Sequence record: MT939241.1 | DNA length: 64,000 nucleotides | Direction: 5' to 3' (one strand) | From: Enterococcus phage 9183 | The notes under the pieces: generated by a model | Told to the model about the DNA's origin: nothing | Databases searched by the model: none | Seen by the model: only the letters and a program-made list of their open reading frames with translations | Part shown: positions 9,435 to 18,548 of the stretch, piece by piece | Layout of the letters: each line of letters opens with the position of its first letter | How positions within the stretch are numbered: the stretch's first letter is position 1 | Translations under genes and position numbers: made by a program

Positions 9435-10655
9435 ATGGGTAAAACAATCGTTTTTGGAAAATTAGGAAGAACTATACGATTCAACCGCAAGAATTGGAAA
9501 TCAGGTGCTGGCAATAATGAGCCGGCAACATTGCTTTCAGCTTTAGCTAATGCAAATCCTCAAAATAAATATATTATCATTGGTAGAAGTGATTTCTCTC
9601 GTTGTGATGAAGAAACGATAAACTATTGGTTTAAATATGATAATGTTGAAGATGCTTGGGCAGACTATGACAAGAAAAAACATGATCTTTATAATTTCCT
9701 TTATGAAAAATATAAAGATACTCATATTGATTATGGGATTATCAATGGAGGTATCACAGGTAACACAAACTCTCCAGGCTGCTTTATTAAATATGATAAA
9801 GATGGAAATTCAACTGGAGAAAAATTACGTGTGTTAGATGCTATGGCTATTTACGTTGGCCCAATCATTTGCTTATTTAACAAACGAAAAATAAAATGGG
9901 TAAACTTCCATGCAGATGCTCGTCAGTTTCCTATTAAAGGTAAAGATGTTTTCCAACAGCCTGAACTTACAATTGGGACAAGAAATATTGATCGAGTGAA
10001 AATGACATATAAAGATTATGATGATCAAACTGATATTCCTAGAGAAATGAGTATGAGATATGGAATGACTGAAGCTCTCCTTTTACTTGACCCTGAATAT
10101 AAAGATTTTCCTAAAGTTGAAAAAGATATTAAAGTAGGATTCTTCTTCCATAATTATGAAAAAATCAAAAATCGTACTCATGAATTACTTAATTATATTG
10201 ATCAGTTTGGAGAAGATGAAATTTCAGTTTATGGCAAATGGAAAGGTTTTGAGGATCAACCTAAATTTAAAGGTGAATGTACCTTTGATGAGATGCAAGA
10301 AATTTTACCTCGGATCAAATATACACTTTGCTATCCTATCGTTAAAGGTGATATTAGTGCAAAATGGATTGAAGCTGTAAGAGCTGGTATTATTCCTTTC
10401 TTCGATGAAAAATATGATGAAAATCGTTTGCTCGTTGATATTCACAACGTTCCTTCATTCTTATATGTATCTTCACCTGAAGATATGAAAGAAAAAATTA
10501 ACCTGCTTGAAAAAGATCCTCACATTTACAAATCTATTCTTGATTTATTGACTGATCGTTTAGAATATCTTAAAGAAAATGTTCTTTCAATTTATGAATG
10601 TGAAATTGAGGATGCCATTGAAGGCGGCGTTGAAAGATACGATAAAATTTATTAA
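9435..10655 (+). CDS. hypothetical protein, possible GT-B-type (alpha-glucosyltransferase-like) transferase
   Basis: 406-aa ORF in the modification cluster. Only weak by-eye resemblance to GT-B DNA glucosyltransferases (KWKGF segment), so the function is uncertain. Confidence 0.3.
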   Translation: MGKTIVFGKLGRTIRFNRKNWKSGAGNNEPATLLSALANANPQNKYIIIGRSDFSRCDEETINYWFKYDNVEDAWADYDKKKHDLYNFLYEKYKDTHIDYGIINGGITGNTNSPGCFIKYDKDGNSTGEKLRVLDAMAIYVGPIICLFNKRKIKWVNFHADARQFPIKGKDVFQQPELTIGTRNIDRVKMTYKDYDDQTDIPREMSMRYGMTEALLLLDPEYKDFPKVEKDIKVGFFFHNYEKIKNRTHELLNYIDQFGEDEISVYGKWKGFEDQPKFKGECTFDEMQEILPRIKYTLCYPIVKGDISAKWIEAVRAGIIPFFDEKYDENRLLVDIHNVPSFLYVSSPEDMKEKINLLEKDPHIYKSILDLLTDRLEYLKENVLSIYECEIEDAIEGGVERYDKIY

Positions 10656-10679
10656 AAATAAAAATCACGGGCGAATAAG

Positions 10680-10708
10680 TTTACTATTTGCCCGTGTAAT
10701 GATATAAT
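10680..10708 (+). promoter_or_regulatory. promoter TTTACT-N17-TGATATAAT; -35 inside hairpin 10666-10696
   Basis: Extended -10. The hairpin cacgggc...gcccgtg overlaps the -35. Confidence 0.5.
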
Positions 10709-10741
10709 ATAAAAGTAAAAATTATAAAGGATGGTATTTAT

Positions 10742-11266
10742 ATGAGTACGACTTTTAAAGTTAAAAAACACGAAGATAATATCATTCACCTTTATTCTGA
10801 TGGAGGCTGTCGTTCAACGGCAAAGAAAGGTGAAAAAATTAAAGACACCGATAAATGTGCTTACGCTTTCTTCTTAAAACAAGGAGGACACGAAAAACTT
10901 GATGGATTTGCTTCTTATGGAAAGACAAATAATAATCAAGAAATAATGGGATTGCTCATGGGGCTAAGAGCAATTAAACGTCCTGAGTTTCCAGTTATTG
11001 CTTATCTTGATAGCGCTTACGTTGTTAACTGTCTTCAAGCAGGTTGGTGGCGTAAGTGGGAGCAAAATGGGTGGACGAAGAAAGGTGGCCTTGCAAATGC
11101 TGAAGAATGGAAAGCATTAATTAAAGAACTTAAAAGATTTCCATTTTTCTCCATTGAAAAGGTGAAAGGTCATTCAGGTAATGCTGATTATAATGATCTA
11201 GTCGACAAGCATTTAAACAAATTAATGGATGAACTTGAGGAGAAAGGTAAAGGTAATGTATTATGA
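10742..11266 (+). CDS. ribonuclease H (RNase HI-like)
   Basis: YSDGGCRS...DK.AYAF ... EIMGLLMGLRA matches RNase H catalytic architecture. 174 aa. Confidence 0.65.
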   Translation: MSTTFKVKKHEDNIIHLYSDGGCRSTAKKGEKIKDTDKCAYAFFLKQGGHEKLDGFASYGKTNNNQEIMGLLMGLRAIKRPEFPVIAYLDSAYVVNCLQAGWWRKWEQNGWTKKGGLANAEEWKALIKELKRFPFFSIEKVKGHSGNADYNDLVDKHLNKLMDELEEKGKGNVL

Positions 11267-12234
11267 TTTATTTTGGTAAAACTCGTATTAACCTATTTTC
11301 ATATGACGCGTCAGCAAAGCCAAGATTAGATACTGAAGAAATATTAAAAGGAATGGGTTTCACACCTTTAATTGTGTCAGCTTTTGAAGAGGTAAAAGAT
11401 GTAAAATTACGCGTCGAACAAGAACTGGCAAACATAAAAGAAAATGATATCATAATCGTTCAATATCCTTCTTTTAGTTGGAGAGAATACGAAATAGCTT
11501 TTAATGAACAAGCACATAAACAAGGAGCTAAAGTGTTTGCTATCGTTCACGATCTGGAGACATTAAGATGGCCTGGTGATACGTCAGACTTTGAAGTATT
11601 AAATACTTTTGATGCTATTTCATTGCCTTCATATAAAGCTGCAAGCTTTTTAATGAAGAAAGGTTTGAAAACGCCTTTTTACTTCCAGTTCTTTTGGGAT
11701 TATTTATGTGAAAACAATGGGCAAATGTTAGACTTGAATGCCGATATTGTGTATGCAGGAAATATCATTGAACGTAAAACAGAATTTCTTAATGATGTAA
11801 AATTTCCAATACGCCTTTATGGTGATAATATCGAAAATAGAACATTTAGGGAAAATATCACATATGAAGGTAGACGAACGAATGAGGAATTAGTTTTGGA
11901 AATAGGAGGAAATATTGGCTTATCATGGGATAGTAATAATTATTTAGAATATGCAAAATATAATCTTTCATATAAGCCTGCTATGTATTTAGCCGCAAAC
12001 TGTCCTATTATCGTTCATAATAAAACGAACATAGCAAGAATAGTTGAAGCTTATAATTTAGGTAAAGTTATAGGTGATTTAAAATATGATACAGTTTTAA
12101 AAGCTGTCGTTGATATTAAGAAAGAACGTGAAAGATATGCAGAAGCAACTCTTGCATTTGGACAAAATTTAAGAGATGGAAGATGTTTGAAAAATTTAAT
12201 AGAAAGGATGTTGACTTCACAAGATGCATATTGA
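11263..12234 (+). CDS. GT-B fold glycosyltransferase, T4 beta-glucosyltransferase (Bgt)-like
   Basis: By-eye similarity to the T4 Bgt C-domain: ADIVYAGNIIERKTEFLNDVKFPIRLYGDN against LDVIYGGSFRSGQRESKMVEFLFDTGLNIEFFGN. The N-domain has a comparable layout. Confidence 0.45.
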   Translation: MIYFGKTRINLFSYDASAKPRLDTEEILKGMGFTPLIVSAFEEVKDVKLRVEQELANIKENDIIIVQYPSFSWREYEIAFNEQAHKQGAKVFAIVHDLETLRWPGDTSDFEVLNTFDAISLPSYKAASFLMKKGLKTPFYFQFFWDYLCENNGQMLDLNADIVYAGNIIERKTEFLNDVKFPIRLYGDNIENRTFRENITYEGRRTNEELVLEIGGNIGLSWDSNNYLEYAKYNLSYKPAMYLAANCPIIVHNKTNIARIVEAYNLGKVIGDLKYDTVLKAVVDIKKERERYAEATLAFGQNLRDGRCLKNLIERMLTSQDAY

Positions 12235-12478
12235 AATGTATATTTTTGATCAATGTTTCGTCGATCATGCAAATTATTTAGAGACAAGAGTTGGAGAAGG
12301 TTATAAGGTTTATCAATTCCAACAGTCAGGTGGAAATCCTCCATTTAGTCCTATTTATTCTATTAAATTTAGAAAGTTGCTTAAATATAAATGGTACAAT
12401 AATTTTCATGGTTGGTTATTTAAATATAGGAGAAAACGTTTTGTTGAAAAAGAATTAGGGAGGAAATACGTTGGCTAA
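12224..12478 (+). CDS. hypothetical small basic protein
   Basis: 84-aa ORF filling the gap before tdk. No convincing RBS. Confidence 0.3.
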   Translation: MHIEMYIFDQCFVDHANYLETRVGEGYKVYQFQQSGGNPPFSPIYSIKFRKLLKYKWYNNFHGWLFKYRRKRFVEKELGRKYVG

Positions 12479-13079
12479 ATTAATCTTCTTTTATGGGGCA
12501 ATGAAAAGTGGTAAAAGCATGGAAATTGCTAAGACATATACGAACTACAAAATTAAAGGACAAGATCCAATGGTTTTTAAACCTTCGATCGACACTCGTG
12601 ATAAAAACATTAAGTCAAGATTAGGTATTGAAATTCCTTGTGAAGTTATAAAACCTGATGAAGATTTAAATAGGAAAATTTTTATTGATCGATTTTCACA
12701 AAAATTGCCTCCTGTCGTTTTAATTGACGAGGCGCAATTTTTAAGTGACAAACAGGTTCGTGAATTGGGAGTAATTGTTGATGTAGGCAATATTGACATA
12801 ATTTGCTTTGGTTTAAAAAATGATTTTAAAGGCAAACTATTTGAAGGATCAAAGGCATTAATTGAGGAAGCTGATAAGTTAGTTGAAGTTAAGACATTAT
12901 GTGCTTTTTGTAACCGTAAAGCAACTCATAATCTTTTAACTGAAATTCATGATGATGGAAAAAGATATGCAGTTGACACTTCAGTTGAAGGAAACTTAAG
13001 GATCGGCGACGAAGATTTCTTTCAGTGTTGCCGAAAACATTATTATCAATATTCAACACGCACGCGTGAAATTAAATAG
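12471..13079 (+). CDS. tdk: thymidine kinase
   Basis: FFYGAMKSGKS P-loop and a C-terminal zinc ribbon (CAFCNRKATHN ... FQCCRKH). TTG start after GGGAGG. Confidence 0.85.
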   Translation: MAKLIFFYGAMKSGKSMEIAKTYTNYKIKGQDPMVFKPSIDTRDKNIKSRLGIEIPCEVIKPDEDLNRKIFIDRFSQKLPPVVLIDEAQFLSDKQVRELGVIVDVGNIDIICFGLKNDFKGKLFEGSKALIEEADKLVEVKTLCAFCNRKATHNLLTEIHDDGKRYAVDTSVEGNLRIGDEDFFQCCRKHYYQYSTRTREIK

Positions 13080-13090
13080 GATTTTTAATG

Positions 13091-13118
13091 AAGGTTCGTT
13101 TACATAGCGAACCTTTTT
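13091..13118 (+). terminator. intrinsic terminator overlapping next promoter -35
   Basis: Hairpin aaggttcgtttacatagcgaacctt followed by a T6 run. The loop contains tttaca. Confidence 0.65.
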
Positions 13119-13127
13119 TGATATAAT
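13099..13127 (+). promoter_or_regulatory. promoter TTTACA-N17-TGATATAAT
   Basis: Consensus match. Drives the polymerase gene. Confidence 0.6.
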
Positions 13128-13158
13128 AATATTGTAAGTAAAATAAAGGAGGAAATAA

Positions 13159-16100
13159 ATGAGTTGGTTTAGTATTCATAATCATAGTTATTATTCAAAC
13201 TTTCGTCTTCGTGATGCGACGAATGCACCTGAAGATATCATTGATAAAGCGATAGAGTTAGGCTTAACAGGTATCGTTTTGTCTGATCATGAAACTATAG
13301 CGGGAGCACCAAAATTTCTTGATTATGCAAAGAAATTAGAGAAAGAAAATAAATTGCCTGAAGGTTTTAAAGTAGGTGTTGGTAATGAAGCTTACTTAAT
13401 TGATCGAAAATATGAACAAGCAATGATTGATCAAGAAAAAGTTAAGTATTATCATTTTATCATGCTTGCAAAAAATCAAAGAGGATTTGAGTTTTTGAAA
13501 AAGCAAACAGCTTTAGCTTGGTCACACCGCATTTATTCAAGAGGTATGGAACGTGTACCAACATATAAGCAAGATTTGGTTGAATTAATGAAAGAATATA
13601 AAGGTGACGTTGTTGCTTCAACAGCTTGTATAGGAGGAGAACTACCTCAACTTATTCTTAAATTGGAGGAAGCTACTTTAAATGGAAACGACAACGAAGT
13701 TAAAGAAATCAAACAAGAAATTCACAACTTTATTCATTTTTTGGTTAACACTTTCGGTCATGAAAATGTATTCTTTGAGTTACAACCTTCGTACCAAGAA
13801 GAACAAAAAATCGTAAATAAATGGTTGCCAACGATTGCTGAAGCTTATAAGATTAAATGCATTGTGACAACTGATGCTCATTATCTTACTTTAGCACAAC
13901 AAGAATTTCATAAACAATATCTTCAAGCGTCAGAAGGAGAGCGTGAAGTTGAACAATTTTATGCAACTACTTACATTTTTTCTTATGATGAATTACTTGA
14001 ATATTTTGATCAGGAATTGCTTGATGTTTTAGTTGAAAATACAAATATCATTAAAGATATGATAGAGGAAATTAATTATAAACATGAAACCGTTATTCCA
14101 AACAGTCATATTCCTTCGTTTAAACCTAATATGGAAATTATGAAAAAAATCGACGAAGAAAAATATCCAAACATTTATAAGATGATGAACTCAAAAGTTT
14201 TGGAAGATCGTTATTATCATCACAGGGTTATGCAAGGTTTCATTGATAAGAAACAAGAATTTAATGATGAAAATCTTTCAAGAATTGATTTGGAATATAG
14301 TGAACTTGAAGAAATCAGTGAACAGCTTGGACAACCAATGACGTCATATTTCTTAGCCATGACAGAGTTCGTTGATATTATGTGGGAGCATTCGCTTGTT
14401 GGAGTAGGTCGTGGATCAGCTGTATGTTATTACACGAATTACTTATTGGATATCGTTCAATTAAACCCAATTAAATATGATTTACCATATTGGCGATTCT
14501 TATCACGTGAATATGTTGGAGAGTTTCCTGATATTGACGTTGATGCACAAGGATCACAACGAGCTTCAATCATTGAAGGCGTTAAAGAAAGATTTGGTCA
14601 TGAAAATGTATTAAACATTGGAACATACACAACTGAAGGAGCACGAGCTGCATCGCTTACTGCTTGTCGCGCGTTAGGACTTGATCCTGACACAGCACAA
14701 AACATTACAAATATGATTCCATCGGATAAAGGTAATCCATGGCCATTACATGATGCATTCTTTGGTAATGAAGAAGAAAATCGTAAACCTGATAAAGCAT
14801 TCATTAATGAAGTAAATAATTATGAAGGTTTACAAGAATTGATGCTTCAATCACAAGGATTAGTATCAGGTCGAGGACAACACGCAAGTGGAGTTGTTGT
14901 CTTTCCAAATGGATATACGTCAATGAACACAATGATGAAAACAAGTAATGGTTTACCTATTACACAATGGGATGCAGGTACTACTGAAGCTGCAGGCGGT
15001 ATTAAGTATGATTTCTTATCAATTAATGCTCTTGATCGAATTAAAAGTGCGATGGATATGTTATTGAAAGATGGAAAAATTGAATGGCAAGGATCATTAA
15101 GAGATACATTTAATAAATATTTCCATCCTGACGTACTTGAAATGGATGCAGATAAAATGTATGATATGTTATTCGATGGTGAAATCATTTCAGCATTTCA
15201 GTTTGAAGCAAAAACGGGTCGTCAAGCATTAGAAAAAATTAATGCACGAAACTTTAATCAATTAGTCGCAGCAAATTCATTGATGCGCTTATCATGCGAA
15301 GGTGAACAGCCAATTGATAAATTCATTCGTTATAAAAATGATTTAAGTAATTGGGATAAAGACATGGATGAATATGGTTTGACTGAAGATGAAAAGAAAG
15401 TGATGCATGAATTGCTTGATGCAAGATATGGGGTTTGTGAAACACAGGAAGCAATTATGCAAATTGCAATGCATGAAAAAGTAGCAAAATATAATTTAAG
15501 AGAAGCAAAGGGGTTACGTAAAGCATCAGCTAAGAAGAAACCTGAAATTCAAGAAAAACAAAAGAAACTGTTCTTTGAAAAAGGAACAGCGAATGGTACG
15601 TCAACAAACTTACTAAATTATATTTGGAATGAATGTTACGTTCCAACTTTTGGTTATTCTTTTAGTGCGCCTCACGTTGCAGCTTACACAATGATCTTGA
15701 TGATTGAAATGAACATTGCTTATCGTTATGGAGTTCATTATTGGAAGGCAGCTTGCTTAAATGTTGATGCAGGTATTTTAGATGGTGAAGTAGAAGGCGG
15801 AACAAGATATGGTAAAATTGCTAAAGCTTTATCAGGTTTTCGTGAAGATGTTGTTCCTCCGTCAGTCAATAAAAGTGATATTGGGTTTACACCCGATTCA
15901 AAAACGGGTAAAATTATGTATGGTTTAAAGCCAATCGTCGGTATGAATGGAAAACTCGCAAGACAAATCATTGAAAATCGACCTTATTCGAACATTAAAG
16001 ATTTCATTGAAAAGAATCTTGAAAATGGTGATTTGACAAAAGGTAAAATGGTTAACTTAATTAAGAGTGGAATTTTTGATGAACTTTACGCAAATCGTAG

Positions 16101-17013
16101 AGAATTAATGATTAAGTTTGTTGAATACGTTGAACCTCTTAAAGAAAAATTGACGACCGCGGTTATTCCAAAAATAATTGATCGCGTGCCTGAAACTTAT
16201 AAAGAAGGCGTAACTGCTTACATGTTTCTTAAGGAAGTAAAAGGTAAGAAAAATCATACACAATATTCGGATCATTTCTTTGATAATTATGAAAAATTAT
16301 GTAAAGAAAAAGTAACGAAAAAATATCCAAATTCATATTATTATGATGATAATGGTGAATTAGTAATTGAAGTAAAAGTACTTGAAAAAGTAGTAAAAGA
16401 TAAGATGGAACCAATTAAAGAATGGCTTAAGACTGAAGAGGCTTTACGTGCTGAAGCTGCATTAAGACGAACAGCGTTTTGGAATAAGTATTGTCAAGGA
16501 ACGATTTCTCATTGGGAAATGGAATCAATTACGTTCTACATTTCAAATCACGAACTTAATGAATATCCACTTGATTCATACTTTAACATTGCGTCATTTA
16601 AAGATATGCCAAGAGAACCTGAAATTATTGGTTGGTCAAATGGGAGAGGAAGAAAATGGCCTCAATTAAAAACGGAGGTCATTGCGGGAACCGTCATTGA
16701 TACTTTACCTAAGAAGGGTATCGTCACAATTATTACACAAACTGGAGTCGTCGATGTTCGTGTAGGAAAAGGAAAGTATCAACATTATAATAAGAAAATA
16801 ATGGTTGGCGAAGGTAAAGAACGAGTAAACATTGATGATACTTGGTGGAAACGTGGAAATATGATTGTCGTCGTTGGTTATCGTCGTGAAAATGATTTTT
16901 ATGCTAATGCAAGAAATAGTTCATATCAACATTCAGTGATGCTGATCAAAGGTCACGATGGTAAGAAAGTATTCGTTCAACAGGAAAAGAAAAAAATAGG
17001 AGAAGATTATTAA
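13159..17013 (+). CDS. DNA polymerase III alpha subunit (DnaE-type, N-terminal PHP domain)
   Basis: 1284 aa. PHP motif HNHSYYS at the N-terminus. Length and layout are typical of a polymerase alpha catalytic subunit. Confidence 0.8.
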   Translation: MSWFSIHNHSYYSNFRLRDATNAPEDIIDKAIELGLTGIVLSDHETIAGAPKFLDYAKKLEKENKLPEGFKVGVGNEAYLIDRKYEQAMIDQEKVKYYHFIMLAKNQRGFEFLKKQTALAWSHRIYSRGMERVPTYKQDLVELMKEYKGDVVASTACIGGELPQLILKLEEATLNGNDNEVKEIKQEIHNFIHFLVNTFGHENVFFELQPSYQEEQKIVNKWLPTIAEAYKIKCIVTTDAHYLTLAQQEFHKQYLQASEGEREVEQFYATTYIFSYDELLEYFDQELLDVLVENTNIIKDMIEEINYKHETVIPNSHIPSFKPNMEIMKKIDEEKYPNIYKMMNSKVLEDRYYHHRVMQGFIDKKQEFNDENLSRIDLEYSELEEISEQLGQPMTSYFLAMTEFVDIMWEHSLVGVGRGSAVCYYTNYLLDIVQLNPIKYDLPYWRFLSREYVGEFPDIDVDAQGSQRASIIEGVKERFGHENVLNIGTYTTEGARAASLTACRALGLDPDTAQNITNMIPSDKGNPWPLHDAFFGNEEENRKPDKAFINEVNNYEGLQELMLQSQGLVSGRGQHASGVVVFPNGYTSMNTMMKTSNGLPITQWDAGTTEAAGGIKYDFLSINALDRIKSAMDMLLKDGKIEWQGSLRDTFNKYFHPDVLEMDADKMYDMLFDGEIISAFQFEAKTGRQALEKINARNFNQLVAANSLMRLSCEGEQPIDKFIRYKNDLSNWDKDMDEYGLTEDEKKVMHELLDARYGVCETQEAIMQIAMHEKVAKYNLREAKGLRKASAKKKPEIQEKQKKLFFEKGTANGTSTNLLNYIWNECYVPTFGYSFSAPHVAAYTMILMIEMNIAYRYGVHYWKAACLNVDAGILDGEVEGGTRYGKIAKALSGFREDVVPPSVNKSDIGFTPDSKTGKIMYGLKPIVGMNGKLARQIIENRPYSNIKDFIEKNLENGDLTKGKMVNLIKSGIFDELYANRRELMIKFVEYVEPLKEKLTTAVIPKIIDRVPETYKEGVTAYMFLKEVKGKKNHTQYSDHFFDNYEKLCKEKVTKKYPNSYYYDDNGELVIEVKVLEKVVKDKMEPIKEWLKTEEALRAEAALRRTAFWNKYCQGTISHWEMESITFYISNHELNEYPLDSYFNIASFKDMPREPEIIGWSNGRGRKWPQLKTEVIAGTVIDTLPKKGIVTIITQTGVVDVRVGKGKYQHYNKKIMVGEGKERVNIDDTWWKRGNMIVVVGYRRENDFYANARNSSYQHSVMLIKGHDGKKVFVQQEKKKIGEDY

Positions 17014-17014
17014 G

Positions 17015-17040
17015 GCTGTGTTTACACAGTCTTTTCTTCT
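17015..17040 (+). terminator. intrinsic terminator (hairpin ctgtg-ttta-cacag plus T-rich tract) embedding next -35
   Basis: Seen directly in the sequence. Confidence 0.55.
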
Positions 17041-17049
17041 TGATATAAT
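17021..17049 (+). promoter_or_regulatory. promoter TTTACA-N17-TGATATAAT
   Basis: Consensus match. RBS GGAGG follows. Confidence 0.6.
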
Positions 17050-17079
17050 ATTATCGTAAATAAAAATTGGAGGAATGTT

Positions 17080-17343
17080 ATGAAACAGACAGAAGAAAAA
17101 GCTGAACGCAACAAAGAATTGCTTAGTCATATTTCAGAGGCACAAGCTCAAGTAAATACGCAAATCGAGCGCAAAGAAAATTTAGCCAATCAAGAGGTCG
17201 ACATTGAGGCAAAAATTGGTGTACTCCAAAATAAATTACACACAATTAAAATTAAGCAAAAATATAATGAGAAAGATCTTCAAGATGCAACGAGACAACT
17301 TAATTATATGAAAGAAAAATTCTGGGAGGAAAATTTGGTATGA
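17080..17343 (+). CDS. hypothetical coiled-coil protein
   Basis: 87-aa ORF with RBS GGAGG. Confidence 0.55.
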   Translation: MKQTEEKAERNKELLSHISEAQAQVNTQIERKENLANQEVDIEAKIGVLQNKLHTIKIKQKYNEKDLQDATRQLNYMKEKFWEENLV

Positions 17344-17618
17344 GTATGAAAAATGCATTTATGTTTATGAAATTGGAAAATAAGTTAAAGAAAAGCGAAA
17401 TCTTTATTTTAGGATATATTTTTGGTTCGCGTGACTCAGCTTTGCAGCTTGCACAAAATACTCATAAGCTGACTGACGAACAAATCAATGAATTGGATGA
17501 AGATGTATTTACGCCTGAAGCTCTTGAAGACGCTTGGAATCGTATTGCGGCTGAAATGCAAATCACTGATGCGCGATCATATTTTGATGTAATGGAAATT
17601 TTAGAAAAAGCGAAATAA
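17340..17618 (+). CDS. hypothetical protein
   Basis: 92-aa ORF whose start overlaps the previous stop (ATGA). Confidence 0.55.
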   Translation: MSMKNAFMFMKLENKLKKSEIFILGYIFGSRDSALQLAQNTHKLTDEQINELDEDVFTPEALEDAWNRIAAEMQITDARSYFDVMEILEKAK

Positions 17619-17647
17619 ATATGGGGATTTTACCCCATATTTTTTTA
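17619..17647 (+). terminator. intrinsic terminator
   Basis: Hairpin atatggggattttaccccatat followed by a T7 run. Confidence 0.75.
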
Positions 17648-17689
17648 CATATTAATTTGATAAAATTAGTTAAAATATGCATTCTTATG

Positions 17690-17718
17690 TTTACACATAC
17701 TTTTTCCTATGATATAAT
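17690..17718 (+). promoter_or_regulatory. promoter TTTACA-N17-TGATATAAT with no ORF downstream
   Basis: Consensus match. The next 170 nt contain no ORF with an RBS. Confidence 0.55.
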
Positions 17719-17725
17719 ACTAAAG

Positions 17726-17892
17726 TAGATAAATAGATATACATATTTGTCTGAGGGACTTCGTTAGAAGTTCCGAAGGGCATCAGCTTCGCTGATGTAT
17801 TGCCAAGGTTGTACATATTTTATGTGGTTCCTTACCGAACGAGATAGAACGAAATAGGTAAAAAAAAAAATAGAGGATTTCTCCTCTATTTT
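17726..17892 (+). ncRNA. candidate small structured RNA (promoter-to-terminator unit, about 165 nt)
   Basis: Bounded by the consensus promoter and a bidirectional terminator. Internal hairpins cttcg...cgaag and catcag-cttcg-ctgatg. No ORF with an RBS. Confidence 0.35.
17859..17892. terminator. bidirectional intrinsic terminator (A11 - hairpin tagaggatttctcctcta - T4)
   Basis: Palindromic hairpin flanked by an A-run and a T-run. It terminates the plus-strand unit and the minus-strand gene 17896-18309. Confidence 0.7.
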
Positions 17893-17895
17893 AAT

Positions 17896-18309
17896 TTATT
17901 TTTTATGGAAATTTACTTCTTCAAAGAATCGATCAAGAGGATAAAAATCATCAATTTCAGGATCTTCAATCATGCGATAAATTTCTTCATTTTGAATTTT
18001 ATCAAAGATTGGAAAATATTCATTAGCTCTATACTTATATGATCGTGCAACTTCCTCTTTAACACTTGCATCTAGGTTCGTTGAATTTAATTGTCCTCTT
18101 ACATGATCAATGATAAAATCAATGAATTCATTTTTATTAACGTAAAGATCTTGGAAAAATTCTTTTTCTCTTGAGGCAAAATCTTCAAGTTCGTCGATCA
18201 TTGATTCGTATTGTTGATAAAGATCTTCATTATAATGAGGAATCTCCATTAGCAAATATTGACTTTCTTTAGTTTTCTTTAATAATTCTTGGTATTTTGT
18301 GTTTTTCAT
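17896..18309 (-). CDS. hypothetical acidic protein (only minus-strand gene within the plus-strand module)
   Basis: 137-aa ORF with RBS AGGAGTG. Divergent from the gene at 18549. Confidence 0.6.
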   Translation of the reverse strand: MKNTKYQELLKKTKESQYLLMEIPHYNEDLYQQYESMIDELEDFASREKEFFQDLYVNKNEFIDFIIDHVRGQLNSTNLDASVKEEVARSYKYRANEYFPIFDKIQNEEIYRMIEDPEIDDFYPLDRFFEEVNFHKK

Positions 18310-18397
18310 TATAATTCACTCCTAAAATTTTTGTTATAGTTATTGTTTAACTATAATTATATTATAACCTGTAATGAAGCAGATGTATATAGTAAAT

Positions 18398-18437
18398 TGA
18401 CGAAATATGACGAAATTATCACAAAATATGACGAAAA
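18398..18437. repeat. three direct repeats of TGACGAAA(T/A) at 10- and 21-bp spacing in the divergent promoter region
   Basis: tgacgaaat at 18398 and 18408, and tgacgaaaa at 18429. Confidence 0.6.
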
Positions 18438-18482
18438 TATGCATATTTTTAGAATAAAATTTTGATTTTATTTCGATCAATG

Positions 18483-18510
18483 TTTACATATTTTTATACG
18501 ATGATATAAT
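18483..18510 (+). promoter_or_regulatory. promoter TTTACA-N16-TGATATAAT
   Basis: Consensus match. The leader matches the copy at 3075-3100. Confidence 0.6.
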
Positions 18511-18548
18511 ATATAAGTAATAAATAAATAAACGAAAGAGGTAGTTTT

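Noticed and set aside
13159-17013. Possibility of an intein or intron interrupting the DnaE polymerase or terminase large subunit, given the nearby homing endonucleases
   Set aside because: Both ORFs are continuous with no internal HNH or LAGLIDADG block or frame break. The endonuclease genes are free-standing.
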